Positions 23,001 through 33,445 of a stretch of 64,000 nt of DNA are shown here, one piece after another. The translations under genes were made by a program, and so were the position numbers. Where the stretch lies: assembly GCA_965214705.1 (NCBI GenBank), contig CBDCCI010000002.1:2848001-2912000 (forward strand). Direction: 5' to 3'. The notes beneath the pieces were generated by a model. The model was not told the DNA's origin and ran no database searches. It worked only from the letters and a program-made list of their open reading frames with translations. The stretch's first letter is position 1; every line of letters starts with the position of its first letter. Origin of the DNA: Alphaproteobacteria bacterium (GTDB lineage: Bacteria > Pseudomonadota > Alphaproteobacteria > UBA828).

Positions 23001-23028
23001 CCCGGCCTCAATCGGGGAGACGAGAGCC

Positions 23029-23715
23029 ATGCAACGCAGCGAAATCGATGCCATTCCCCTGGAAGGCGACGTGTCGTTCAGGCAGCGGGCGGTCGAGCCC
23101 GAACGCACCGCCCTGCTCGTCGTCGACCTTCAGAAGGGCTACTACAACGATGAGATACGCGCGCGGGAGCCGGAACACCGATACCTCTACGACCGAATCC
23201 GCGACGTGGTCATCCCGAACGGGCAACGCCTGATCGCCGCTTGCCGCAGCGCCGACATCGAGGTCGTCTACACGGTGGTCGAGTGCCTGACGAAGGACGG
23301 CCGCGACCGCGGTCTGGACTACAAGATTTCCGGCATCTTCGCCGCCAAGGGCTCGTGGGAAGCCGAGGTCATCGACGAGCTGGCCCCCGGAGACGACGAC
23401 ATCATCATCCCCAAAACCTCCTCCAGCCTCTTCAACTCGACCAACTGCGAGTACGTGCTGCGCAACCTCGGCATCGAATACGTGATGGTCATGGGGATGT
23501 TGACCGACCAATGCGTCGAGACCGCCGTGCGCGACGGCTGCGATCGCGGCTTCCTCATGACCCTGGTGGACGACGCGTGCGCCACGCACTCGGACGAGCG
23601 CCACCGCGAGGCCCTGCAGGGCTTCAAGGGCTATTGCCGGATCCGCACCACCGCCGAGCTGCTTGAAGAGCTGGAGCACCTACGCCCCGCGCGTCCCGCG
23701 GCGGTTTCGGCCTGA
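23029..23715 (+). CDS. Isochorismatase-family cysteine hydrolase
   Basis: TALLVVDLQ, K-T-S-S-S-L-F, TDQCVETAVRD. Confidence 0.9.
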   Translation: MQRSEIDAIPLEGDVSFRQRAVEPERTALLVVDLQKGYYNDEIRAREPEHRYLYDRIRDVVIPNGQRLIAACRSADIEVVYTVVECLTKDGRDRGLDYKISGIFAAKGSWEAEVIDELAPGDDDIIIPKTSSSLFNSTNCEYVLRNLGIEYVMVMGMLTDQCVETAVRDGCDRGFLMTLVDDACATHSDERHREALQGFKGYCRIRTTAELLEELEHLRPARPAAVSA

Positions 23716-23718
23716 CGA

Positions 23719-24612
23719 GTGAGCGAACCCTCCGACAGCTACACGCGTCACGCGGCTCACTTCGAAAGGGTCTACGACCTCGACGATCCGAGCCCATACT
23801 TCGCGACGCTGAGGCGGGCCGACTACCGCATGCCGGTGGCGCTGGCCGGCGCGCTGAAGGCAATCCACGGGCCCTTGAGCGCGGCGCGCGATGCTGGAAA
23901 GACCCTGCGGGTGCTCGACTTCGCCTGCGGCTACGGTGCCATTGGCGCGCTGTTGCGTCACGACGTCTCCATCTCGGCGCTCTATGCCCGCTACGCCGCG
24001 CGGCAGTGGCAGCCGGCCGACGGGCGGCGCTATTGGGCCGACGACATCGCCTTCTTCGCCGCCCGCCGCGCGGAGACGGCGCCGTTCGAGATCGGCGGCA
24101 TCGACATCGCCGGGAACGCCCTCGCCTACGCCGCGGCCCTCGGCTTCGTGGACCGGGCGTACCCCGAGAATCTCGTGGAGGATGCACCCAGTGCCGGGTT
24201 AAGGCGCTTCATTCAGAGCGTACATCTGGTGGTCGAGAGCGGCGCCCTGGGCGTGCTGTTGCCGGACGCGTTCGCGCGCGTGCTCGATTGTGCCGGCGGC
24301 GAGAGCCCGCCCTGGTTCCTCTACAGCCCGCGTCCCGACGTGAACTGGTCGGCGCTGGAGAGCCTCTGGGTTGAACGGGGATATCGCACGGAGAGCTTTC
24401 TCGGTGCGCCGGTCCGCTACCGCAAGCCGCTGGAAGCGCAGGAGGGCGCGGACATGCTTCGCCGTTCCCGAGGGTTCGGCAAGCCCGACGAGGCGATCAT
24501 GCGCGACGGTTACTTCCTGGTCGACATGACGCTCGCGCGGCCCGAGGCCTATACCGCCAACCCACCCATTGCGCAGTTGCGGGGCCGCATGGTGGAAGAG
24601 AGTTCGGAGTAG
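23719..24612 (+). CDS. Class I SAM-dependent methyltransferase-like protein
   Basis: VLDFACGYG motif I, GIDI motif. Confidence 0.6.
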   Translation: MSEPSDSYTRHAAHFERVYDLDDPSPYFATLRRADYRMPVALAGALKAIHGPLSAARDAGKTLRVLDFACGYGAIGALLRHDVSISALYARYAARQWQPADGRRYWADDIAFFAARRAETAPFEIGGIDIAGNALAYAAALGFVDRAYPENLVEDAPSAGLRRFIQSVHLVVESGALGVLLPDAFARVLDCAGGESPPWFLYSPRPDVNWSALESLWVERGYRTESFLGAPVRYRKPLEAQEGADMLRRSRGFGKPDEAIMRDGYFLVDMTLARPEAYTANPPIAQLRGRMVEESSE

Positions 24613-24615
24613 CGC

Positions 24616-27600
24616 TCACCGCCCTCCGGCGGCGGCGAGCTGGCGCGTGACCAGCTGGCTGTAGAGGCCTGCGCGGGCGAGCAGGGCCTCGTGCGTGCCG
24701 GTCTCGACGATGCGGCCGTCGTCGAGCACCACGATGGTATCGGCATCGCGCACGGTGGAGAGGCGATGGGCGATCACCACCGTGGTGCGCTCGGCCATCA
24801 GCTCCGTCAGCGCCCGGCGCAGCATCGCCTCGTTCACCGCATCCAGGTGCGAGGTCGCCTCGTCCAGGATCAGGATCGGCGCGTTCTTGAGGACCGCGCG
24901 GGCGACCGCCACGCGCTGGCGCTGCCCGCCCGAGAGCTGCGTGCCCCGCTCGCCGACGCGGGTCTCCAGCCCCTCCGGCAGCGCCGCGACGAAGTCGTCG
25001 AGCGCCGCGCGGCGCACCGCCTCGGCAAGCTCGGCCTCCGAGGCGTCCGGCCGGGCGATCAGGATGTTGGCGCGGAGCGTGTCGTTGAAGAGGTAGGTGT
25101 CCTGCGCCACCAGCGCAATGCGGGCGCGGAGCGCATCGAGCGTCCACTGGCGCACGTCCTCGCCATCCAGCCGCACCGTGCCTTCCGCCGGGTCCCAGAA
25201 GCGCATGAAGAGGTGGGCGATGGTTGTCTTGCCCGCGCCGGAGGGGCCCACCAGCGCCAGGGTCTCGCCGGGGCGGACCGTGAGCGTGACGTCGCTGAGC
25301 GCCGGCCGCCTGGTGCCGACGTAGGTGAAGCTGACGCCTGCCATCTCCAGCGCCGCCGCGCCGGGTGAGGGGCTGGCGCCGGGGCCGTCCGCCACCCTGA
25401 CTGGGGCGCTGTGCACGGCGTGCAGCCGCCGCGTCGCGCCCAGGGTGTCCGCAAGCTGGCGGCCGATGTGGGCGATCTCGGAGACCGGCAGGAAGGTCGC
25501 CATGGCGAGGATCGCGAGCAGCGGCAGCATCGCCGCCTCCAGCCAGCCGGCGGCGATCCAAGCGGTGCCGGCCATCACCACGGCAAGCCCGCCGAGGCCG
25601 GTCGCCGTCTCGATCAGCGCCATCTGGACCGTGAGGTCGCGGTAGTAAGGCATGCGCACGCGGTGATGGTCGCGCACGAAGCCGAGGAAGACCGCGCGCC
25701 GCGCCGCCTGCTGGCCGAAAGCCAAGAGCTCCGTCAGCCCCTGGATGGTGTCCACCGCATGGGCGTTGAGCAGGCCCAGCATCTCGCGCGCCCGCCCGCC
25801 CAGCCGGTCCAGCCGCTTGCGCAGGAAGAAGGGGCTGAGCCCCACCAGCAGGATGAAGGGCGCGAGCGCCGCCGCCGTCGGCCAGCCGTAGACCAGCAGC
25901 GTCGCCATCACCGCCGCCGGCACCAGGATCGCGACCAGCGCCGGCGCGATCGTGTGGGCGAAGAAGTACTCCACCAGCTCCACGTCCTGCGTCGCCATGC
26001 CGACGATGTCGCCGGTGCGCCGGCGCAGCAGGTAGGCGGGCGCGAGCCGGTCCAGCTTGTCGTAGAGCGCGATCCGCATCTCGGTGAGCAGGCGGAAGGC
26101 CATGTCGTGGGCGACCCAGGATTCGAGCCAGTGCAGCAGGCCGGCGAGCGGGGCGATGGCGTAGAGCGCGATCAGCAGCCCGCCCACCGGCGTGCCCAGC
26201 TTGAGGCCGGCGACCACCAGCGCGCTCAGCACGCCGATGCCGATGAAGGCCACCACGCGCGCGACGCCGAGCCCGAAGGCGAGGTTCACGCGGCTGCGGA
26301 AGGGCCGCACCAGGCCGAGCAGGCGCATCCAGGCGCTCCACCAGCCGAGGCCCTCGGCCCGCAGCACCTCGTCGTCGGGCTCGATGGTGGCGGCGGCGAG
26401 GCGGCGGTCCTCGGTGGTGGGCTCGATCGCGGGCTCGGCGCCGGGCGCTGCTGGAGGCGGCGCCTCCAGCCCCTCCCGCACCTGGTCCGCCATCAGGCGG
26501 TGGTACACGCCCTGCTTCGCCATCAGCGCCGCGTGGCTGCCGCTCTCCACCACGCGGCCTTCGTCCAGCACAAGGATGCGGTCGGCGTCGATCACACTGG
26601 AAAGCCGGTGCGCCATGATGAGCACCGTCCGCCCGCCCATGAGGCGCCCGAGCGCGTCCTGGATCACCGCCTCGTTCTCGGCATCGACCGAGGAGAGCGC
26701 CTCGTCCAGCAGCAGGATCGGCGCGTCCCGCAGCAGCGCGCGGGCGATGGCGATGCGCTGGCGCTGCCCGCCCGAGAGGCGGATGCCGCGCTCGCCGATC
26801 ACCGTGTCGTAGCCCTGCGGCAGGCGGGCGATGAAGCCGTGCGCGTTGGCCGCCTGCGCGGCTGCTTCCACCTCGGCGTCGCTCGCGTCCGGCTTGCCGA
26901 AGCGGATGTTCTCCGCCGCGGTGCCGTGGAACAGGTACGTGTCCTGATTCACGACGCCGAAGCGCGCGCGCAAGGCCGCGCGGTCCAGCGTGCGCAGGTC
27001 CTCGCCGCCGAGCAGGATGCGGCCCTCCTGCGGGTCGTCGAAGCGCATGAGCAGGCGCAGGATCGTGGACTTGCCGGCGCCGCTCGCGCCGACGATGCCG
27101 ACCCGCTCGCCCGCGCCCACGGTGAAGGAGAGCCCGGCGTGGGCAGCGCGCCGACCGCCCGGATAGGCGAAGTGCACGTCCTCGAAGGCGAGGGTCGGGG
27201 CGAGCGGGGCGGCGTCTGCGGCGCCATCCGTATCCTCGATGGCAGGCCTGGTATCGAGCAGGCGGAACAGGCTCTCCGCCGCCGACTGCCCATGCATGCC
27301 CGTGTGCAGCAGAGCGCGCAGATCGCGCATGGGACGGAAGACCTCGACCCCCATCATCAGCACGATGAGCAGCACCTCGATGCCGATGGTGCCGTCGGCG
27401 ACACGGGCAGCGCCGACCCCCAGCGCCGCCGCCGCACCGACCGCGATGCCGGCGTCGGTGATCCCGCGCGAGGCCGAGTTACTGGCCAGCACCCACATGG
27501 TGCTGCGAAAGAGGTCGTGGGCCTTCCCGGCGAGGAAGCGCCCACGCGCGCCGCTCTGGCCGAAGGCCTTGAGTGTCGCCAGCCCCTGCACGGAATCGAG

Positions 27601-28194
27601 CAGCTCGGCGCCGTAGGCCGCATAGGCCGACTGCCGCGCCTTCGCCGCCCTCATGTCCCAATGGTGGAAGGCCACGGGTGCCACCAGGGTGAGCAGGGCG
27701 AAGCCGAGGAGGACCCCGGCGAGCGGCAGATCGAGGAAGGCGGCGAAGGCGAAGATGCCGAAGGGCGTGACCGCGGCGACGACGAGCTGCGGCAGGTACT
27801 GGCCGAAATAGGTCTCCAGCTGCTCGACGCCGTCGATCACGCTGAGCAGCACTTCGCCAGAGCGCTGCCCGCCGAACTGGCCGGGGCCGAGCGCCGCGAT
27901 CTGGTCGAAGAGCCGTGCACGAATCTGGTGCTGCACCAGGGCGGCGGTGTGATGTGCGGCCATTGTGCGCCAGTATTCGAGCACGCCGCGCGCCAGCATC
28001 GCCGCCGCCACCGCGACGATGGGCAGGATCAGGTCGCCGAAGCTCTCGCCCTGAAAGACCCGCCCCAGCAGCCAGCCGAGCAGCGCCAGCCGCGCGATCC
28101 CGACCGCCGCAGAGAGCAGGCCGAGCACGACCGCGCCCGCGATGCGCAGCCGCAGGCCCTCGGTGAACTGCCACAACCTGGGGTCGAAATACAT
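24616..28194 (-). CDS. Fused four-domain ABC transporter (TMD-NBD-TMD-NBD; CydDC/IrtAB-like)
   Basis: Two Walker A (GASGAGKS, GPSGAGKT), two LSGGQRQR signatures, two TM regions. Confidence 0.88.
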   Translation of the reverse strand: MYFDPRLWQFTEGLRLRIAGAVVLGLLSAAVGIARLALLGWLLGRVFQGESFGDLILPIVAVAAAMLARGVLEYWRTMAAHHTAALVQHQIRARLFDQIAALGPGQFGGQRSGEVLLSVIDGVEQLETYFGQYLPQLVVAAVTPFGIFAFAAFLDLPLAGVLLGFALLTLVAPVAFHHWDMRAAKARQSAYAAYGAELLDSVQGLATLKAFGQSGARGRFLAGKAHDLFRSTMWVLASNSASRGITDAGIAVGAAAALGVGAARVADGTIGIEVLLIVLMMGVEVFRPMRDLRALLHTGMHGQSAAESLFRLLDTRPAIEDTDGAADAAPLAPTLAFEDVHFAYPGGRRAAHAGLSFTVGAGERVGIVGASGAGKSTILRLLMRFDDPQEGRILLGGEDLRTLDRAALRARFGVVNQDTYLFHGTAAENIRFGKPDASDAEVEAAAQAANAHGFIARLPQGYDTVIGERGIRLSGGQRQRIAIARALLRDAPILLLDEALSSVDAENEAVIQDALGRLMGGRTVLIMAHRLSSVIDADRILVLDEGRVVESGSHAALMAKQGVYHRLMADQVREGLEAPPPAAPGAEPAIEPTTEDRRLAAATIEPDDEVLRAEGLGWWSAWMRLLGLVRPFRSRVNLAFGLGVARVVAFIGIGVLSALVVAGLKLGTPVGGLLIALYAIAPLAGLLHWLESWVAHDMAFRLLTEMRIALYDKLDRLAPAYLLRRRTGDIVGMATQDVELVEYFFAHTIAPALVAILVPAAVMATLLVYGWPTAAALAPFILLVGLSPFFLRKRLDRLGGRAREMLGLLNAHAVDTIQGLTELLAFGQQAARRAVFLGFVRDHHRVRMPYYRDLTVQMALIETATGLGGLAVVMAGTAWIAAGWLEAAMLPLLAILAMATFLPVSEIAHIGRQLADTLGATRRLHAVHSAPVRVADGPGASPSPGAAALEMAGVSFTYVGTRRPALSDVTLTVRPGETLALVGPSGAGKTTIAHLFMRFWDPAEGTVRLDGEDVRQWTLDALRARIALVAQDTYLFNDTLRANILIARPDASEAELAEAVRRAALDDFVAALPEGLETRVGERGTQLSGGQRQRVAVARAVLKNAPILILDEATSHLDAVNEAMLRRALTELMAERTTVVIAHRLSTVRDADTIVVLDDGRIVETGTHEALLARAGLYSQLVTRQLAAAGGR

Positions 28195-28525
28195 GCGCGC
28201 CTACCGTCGAACCCGCCCCCATCGACCACAAAGGCGCGGCGTTGTCCACCACGTCGCGGCTCATGCCGTTACGGCACCCAGTGCGAAGATACAGGGCTCA
28301 GCGCATCATATGTTCACTATCCGCATGGCTAAATTGCCGGACCACCAGTTACGCCAAACGGGGGTTCACTGCTGGCCAACAGTCTTCTCAGACGCCGGCG
28401 ATCGCATCACTCGCGCGCGTTCACCTCTCTGACAGTCACCTTGCGCGAACAATGAGACATAGTGAAAAGATCTTGAGAATAGCCATTGCAAAGAAGATAC
28501 GATTTCAGAATAATGCTAGACTGAG

Positions 28526-29089
28526 ATGTCCGTCGAGTTGAGACTTATGTTTATTTTTGTCGATATCCTTCGCAGGGCAAGGCTGCTCTTGGTAGGAGTT
28601 GCTTTTGCCTTTACTTTTGTTGCTGGTATTGGCACCAATTACGCTTGGGGTTGCTATAGTGACTACATCCAGGCGCCGGCTCCCTTTATGGGAAACGACG
28701 GAGAAGTCTTAAAGCTGGGTGATGGAAGTATCTGGCAAGTAAAATATGCTTATGAATACCTGTATGAATACTATCCTAATGTTGTTATTTGTCCTGGCAT
28801 CAATAAATTGATCATCGGAGATGTGCAGATAGATGTTGTTCCGCTTTCTGGAGGCAACTATGGACCGCACGGAGACGTGATCGAATCCAAGATCGACGGC
28901 ACTTTCGAAGGATGGAGTGGCGAAACAATCGTAATACTCACCAATGGTCAGGTATGGCAGCAAAATGAATACTACTATACATACAAATATGCCTATCGCC
29001 CGGACGTTCTCATCTATCGAACAAACGGAAGATACAAGATGAAAGTCGAAGGTATTGATCGTGCTGTTCGTGTTGTTCGTCTCAAATAA
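28526..29089 (+). CDS. AT-rich, probably secreted hypothetical protein with two internal repeats
   Basis: Hydrophobic N-terminus; GNDGEVLKLGDGSIWQ...YEYLYEYYPNVVI vs GWSGETIVILTNGQVWQ...YTYKYAYRPDVLI. Confidence 0.7.
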   Translation: MSVELRLMFIFVDILRRARLLLVGVAFAFTFVAGIGTNYAWGCYSDYIQAPAPFMGNDGEVLKLGDGSIWQVKYAYEYLYEYYPNVVICPGINKLIIGDVQIDVVPLSGGNYGPHGDVIESKIDGTFEGWSGETIVILTNGQVWQQNEYYYTYKYAYRPDVLIYRTNGRYKMKVEGIDRAVRVVRLK

Positions 29090-29366
29090 CTCGGGCGGGA
29101 GCAATCAAGATAGTGCCGTTTCAGTATTGTGGAACAAACCAATTGTTGTAGTCGACCGGCGCGGATCGTGAGAATTCCGTCTTCTGACAGCAGACGGAGA
29201 AGCACTGGAGCCGACCTGCCCCATATACTGGCCGTAGCCGGGGCGAGGGACCCAGCTGCGTAGCAACCATACCGTGCCTTTCACCCCGCGATCACGCGGA
29301 AGTGGGATGTATGTGATCCGGGCATTGGCATAAGATGCGCGCGGCCCTGCGCTAGGGAGGATTGCC

Positions 29367-30215
29367 ATGGTTGCGCAGCTCGTCGACCGGATGGTGAGCA
29401 TCGGAGACGGCATCGACCTGCACTATGTCGAGGCCGGCGAGGGCAGGCCGCTCATTATCATCCCCTCGTGGTCGCTGACCGGCGCGGCCTACCGGCACCA
29501 GCTCCAGGCGCTCTCGGGGGCGCGGCGCGTGATGGCCTTCGACATGCGCGGCCACGGCGATTCGACCACACCGCCGGGCGGCTACCGCGTGAGTCGGCTC
29601 GCGGCCGACCTGCGTGCCGTGATCGAGCGATTGGAGCTCGACGAAGTCGACCTCATGGGCCACTCCATCGGCTCGTCGATCATCTGGAGCTACATCGACC
29701 TGTTCGGCGAAGACCGCCTGGGCCGCCTCGTCTTCGTGGACCAGGCGCCGTCGGTGACCGCGAAGGCCGACTGGACGGCCGAGGACCGCATCACCTACGG
29801 CTGCCTCTTGCCGGACCTCAACGCGCTGGCGGAGTTTTACCTTCAGGTGCTGGCGGCGGAGACCCCCGAGGCCACCGTGCCGGTGATCGCGCGCTTGTTT
29901 TCACCGTCGCTACATGCGGCGGAGCTGCTCTGGTTTGCCCGCGAGATCTGCAAGCTGCCGCGCCGGCACGCGGCCGACCTGCTCCACGACCACTGCGGGC
30001 TCGACTGGCGCGACGTGATCCAGCGCGTGCGGCGGCCGACGCTGGTGGTGGGCGCCGAGGCCAGCATCTTCTCGGCGGAATCGCAGCGCTGGATCGCGGC
30101 GCAAATCCCCGGCGCCGAGGTCGAAATCTTCAAGGCCGACGAGGGCGGCTCGCACTTCATGTGCTACGAGAACCCGACCAAGTTCAACGCGCTGGTGGAG
30201 GCCTTCCTCGCCTGA
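29367..30215 (+). CDS. Alpha/beta hydrolase
   Basis: DMRGHGDS, GHSIG nucleophile elbow, C-terminal His (GSHF). Confidence 0.9.
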   Translation: MVAQLVDRMVSIGDGIDLHYVEAGEGRPLIIIPSWSLTGAAYRHQLQALSGARRVMAFDMRGHGDSTTPPGGYRVSRLAADLRAVIERLELDEVDLMGHSIGSSIIWSYIDLFGEDRLGRLVFVDQAPSVTAKADWTAEDRITYGCLLPDLNALAEFYLQVLAAETPEATVPVIARLFSPSLHAAELLWFAREICKLPRRHAADLLHDHCGLDWRDVIQRVRRPTLVVGAEASIFSAESQRWIAAQIPGAEVEIFKADEGGSHFMCYENPTKFNALVEAFLA

Positions 30216-30296
30216 TTGCGGGCGGACAGAGCCTGAAAATTCTGGTTTCACACGTTATATCACGCTATTATATGTGAAGGATTGCGAGGTTTGGCC

Positions 30297-30647
30297 ATGC
30301 AGTTCCAGGATTTCGTCGCGGATCAGGTATTCTCGCCGGCTCTGATTGCGGACGAGCTGCGCACCACCAAGGCCGAGATCGCCGGCACCTTGGGCCTCGG
30401 CAAGGACGCGTTCACCCGCACGTCGCGCGTCCGGGCACGCAAGACCCAGGTTCGTCTCCGCCAGATGCTGGAGATTCTCAACCGCGTCGAGGCCGCGACC
30501 GGCTCCCCGATCGCGGCCTATGCCTGGTTCCGCGCCGAGCCGCTGCCGGGCTTCGGCGGCGTCACGCCGGACCAGTTGGTGCGTGACGGCAAGGCCGAAC
30601 ACGTGCACGCGTATCTCGACCGGATCGCGGCAGGCGGTTACGCCTGA
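30297..30647 (+). CDS. Xre/MbcA/ParS-type antitoxin
   Basis: AYAWFRAEPLPGFGGVTP C-terminal motif; precedes RES gene. Confidence 0.85.
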   Translation: MQFQDFVADQVFSPALIADELRTTKAEIAGTLGLGKDAFTRTSRVRARKTQVRLRQMLEILNRVEAATGSPIAAYAWFRAEPLPGFGGVTPDQLVRDGKAEHVHAYLDRIAAGGYA

Positions 30648-30662
30648 GCCCAAACCGTTCCG

Positions 30663-31175
30663 ATGCGGTTCCGAGGGCCGGTCTACCGGGCGCACAATCC
30701 GCAATGGTCGTGGACGCCGCTCTCCGGCGACGGCGCGCGTCGCCACGGCGGGCGCTTCAACCGGCGCAGCGTGCCGGCGCTCTATACATCGCTCGATCCC
30801 CTCACCGCGATACGCGAAGCGCAACCCCTGGGCCGTCCGATGCAGCCGCTCACCCTTTGCGCCTACGAGGTCGATGCCGAGCCCATCTTCGATGCGCTGG
30901 ACGGCGAGCGACGCCGCAACCAGGGCGTGGGCGATGACGATTTGGTCTGCCCAAGCTGGGAAGCGGACATGCTGGCCGGCACCGTCCCCGCATCGCAGGC
31001 CCTCGCGGATCGTCTGATCGCTGCAGGCTATGTCGGTATGCGGGTCCGAAGCTTTGCCATTGGCGCCGGTGCCGACGACATCAATCTCGTGATGTGGCAA
31101 TGGGGCGCCGACCCGCCCGCTCGCGTGGTCCTGATCGACGACGAGGACCGGCTCTCCGGCAGAGAGGAGCGTTGA
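30663..31175 (+). CDS. RES-domain toxin (NAD+ phosphorylase family)
   Basis: VYRAH, GGRFN, ALYTS, E, RS conserved RES residues. Confidence 0.85.
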   Translation: MRFRGPVYRAHNPQWSWTPLSGDGARRHGGRFNRRSVPALYTSLDPLTAIREAQPLGRPMQPLTLCAYEVDAEPIFDALDGERRRNQGVGDDDLVCPSWEADMLAGTVPASQALADRLIAAGYVGMRVRSFAIGAGADDINLVMWQWGADPPARVVLIDDEDRLSGREER

Positions 31176-31330
31176 TCGGGCGTCGGCCCCTCGCGGCGCG
31201 CGGTCCAACCGTGACTTGCCGGGGCGAGCCGGTATATTGCGGCGCGAGCCGCCGCCCATCAGCGGCTAGCGGTCGGCGATGACGTCCTGACCTTCCGCCG
31301 GGGCGGGCAGCACCAGCAAGGGAGACATTG

Positions 31331-32296
31331 ATGCAACTGAGCAGGGACGAACTGCTGAGCGCGTATCGCACGATGGCGACGGCCCGGCACTTCGAGGAAA
31401 GCGTTTTTCAGAACTTCTCGGACGGCAAGATTCCGGGCTTCGTTCACCTCTCCGCCGGACAGGAGGCAACGGCGGCTGGCGTCTACATGGCGCTGGACGA
31501 GCGGGACTGGATCGCGACCACCCATCGCGCGCACGGCCAGTGCATCGCCCGCGGCCTCGATCTGCAGGAGACCATGGACGAAATCTATGGCGCGACCACC
31601 GGCGTCTGCGGCGGCAAGGGCGGCTCGATGCACATTGCGGACCTCGACAAGGGGATGCTGGGCGCGAACGGGATCATCGGCGCGACCGGTCCTCTGGCGG
31701 TGGGCGCCGGCCTCTCGGCCAGAGCGAAGGGCGAGAATGGCGTCGCCGTGGCCTTCTACGGCGACGGCGGTTCCAACCAGGGCTTGATCTTCGAAGCCTA
31801 TAACCTGGCGAACATCTGGAAGCTGCCCGTGATCTTCATTTGCGAAGACAACGGCTATGCCGAGGCGACCCCCTCATCCTATTCGGTCGCGGGCTCGCAG
31901 GTAGCCCGCGCGAACGGCTTCGGCATGCCGGCCGTCGAGGTCGACGGATTCGACTTCTTCGCGGTCTTCGACGCGATGAGAGAGGCGGTCGAACGCGCCC
32001 GCAATGGCGAGGGCCCGAGCCTGATCCACATCAAGACCGCCCGCTTCTACGGCCACTTCGTCGGCGATGCGCAGACCTACCGGGGGGACGGCGAGATCGA
32101 CAAGCTTCGCGCCGAGAAGGACTGCCTGAACATGTTCCGCGAGAAGGTCGTCGAGACAGGTCTGCTGACCGGCGAACAGCTCGATGAGATCTTCGAGGAG
32201 GAGAGAGCGCGGGTGGCAGATGCCGCGTCGGCCGCTCAGGTCGCGCCGCGTGCCACCGAGGCCGATCTCATGACCGACGTTTACGCCTCTTACTGA
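31331..32296 (+). CDS. acoA: TPP-dependent dehydrogenase E1 alpha (acetoin dehydrogenase-like)
   Basis: PGFVHLSAGQEA, GKGGSMH, GDG...N TPP motif. Confidence 0.8.
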   Translation: MQLSRDELLSAYRTMATARHFEESVFQNFSDGKIPGFVHLSAGQEATAAGVYMALDERDWIATTHRAHGQCIARGLDLQETMDEIYGATTGVCGGKGGSMHIADLDKGMLGANGIIGATGPLAVGAGLSARAKGENGVAVAFYGDGGSNQGLIFEAYNLANIWKLPVIFICEDNGYAEATPSSYSVAGSQVARANGFGMPAVEVDGFDFFAVFDAMREAVERARNGEGPSLIHIKTARFYGHFVGDAQTYRGDGEIDKLRAEKDCLNMFREKVVETGLLTGEQLDEIFEEERARVADAASAAQVAPRATEADLMTDVYASY

Positions 32297-32310
32297 GCGG
32301 GGGACCGACA

Positions 32311-33315
32311 ATGCCGATGAAATCATACAGGGCCGCCATCAACGAGGCGATGGCAGGCGAGATGCGGCGCGATTCCTCGGTCATCGTGATGGGCGAAGAC
32401 GTGTCCGGCGGAACCGGCGCTCCCGGCGAGGACGATGCCTGGGGCGGCCCGCTTGGCGTGACCAAGGGGCTTCATACCGAGTTCGGACCGACGCGGGTGC
32501 TGGACACGCCGATCGCGGAAGGCGGCTTCATCGGGGCGGCGGCCGGCGCGGCGGTAACCGGCATGCGCCCCATCGTCGATCTGATGTTCGTCGACTTCCT
32601 CGGGGTCTGCTTCGATGCGATCTACAACCAGGCGGGGAAGTTCCGCTACATGTTCGGCGGCAAGGCCGAGACCCCGCTGGTGGTCAGGACGATGTATGGC
32701 GCAGGCCTCAGGGCTGCGTCACAGCACAGCCAAGTGCTCTATTCGCTCTTCACCCATGTGCCCGGCGTGAAGGTGGTCGTTCCCTCGAACCCCTATGACG
32801 CCAAGGGGCTGATGATCCAGTCCATACGCGACAACGATCCCGTCGTCTTCTTCGAGCACAAGGCGATGTACGACGAAGAGGCCGACGTTCCCGACGAGGC
32901 CTACACGGTCCCCTTCGGCGAAGCGAACGTGGTTCGCGAGGGCGAGGACGTCACCATCGTCGCGATCGGCAAGATGGTGCATCTGGCCAATGAGGCGGCC
33001 GACAATCTGGCGAAGGACGGCATTTCCTGCACGGTGATCGACCCGCGCACGGTTTCGCCGCTGGACGAGGAGACCATCCTCGAAGAGGTCGAGGCGACCG
33101 GCCGTCTGGTCGTCGTGGACGAGAGCCACCCGCGCTGCTCCATGGCGGCCGACATCTCGTCCATCGTGGCGCAGAAGGCGTTCAAGTCGCTGAGGGGGCC
33201 AATCGAGAAGGTGACGGCGCCGCACTGCCCGGTCCCCTTCGCGCCCGAGCTCGAGGACCTCTACATCCCCAAGGTGGAGGACGTGGAGGCGGCCGTTCGC
33301 CGGACCATGGCCTGA
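32311..33315 (+). CDS. acoB: TPP-dependent dehydrogenase E1 beta (acetoin dehydrogenase-like)
   Basis: GEDV, DAWGGPLGVTKGL, DTPIAE, SQHSQ. Confidence 0.8.
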   Translation: MPMKSYRAAINEAMAGEMRRDSSVIVMGEDVSGGTGAPGEDDAWGGPLGVTKGLHTEFGPTRVLDTPIAEGGFIGAAAGAAVTGMRPIVDLMFVDFLGVCFDAIYNQAGKFRYMFGGKAETPLVVRTMYGAGLRAASQHSQVLYSLFTHVPGVKVVVPSNPYDAKGLMIQSIRDNDPVVFFEHKAMYDEEADVPDEAYTVPFGEANVVREGEDVTIVAIGKMVHLANEAADNLAKDGISCTVIDPRTVSPLDEETILEEVEATGRLVVVDESHPRCSMAADISSIVAQKAFKSLRGPIEKVTAPHCPVPFAPELEDLYIPKVEDVEAAVRRTMA

Positions 33316-33445
33316 GCGGGGGTGTGCCCCGGCCCGGCGGCGCGCTTTGTTTGACAGGTTTCGGCCTTTTTCCTAGCGTCGCGCACCGGCACGCGGCTCG
33401 CCGGCGCCGGGGGAGGGCCCTGGGGATAGCCCAAGGGATGGCGAT

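Noticed and set aside
33299-33310. Partial match CCGGACCATGG to the 20-bp box at the end of acoB
   Set aside because: The right half, the spaced -10 and the ATG are missing, and it lies in coding sequence.
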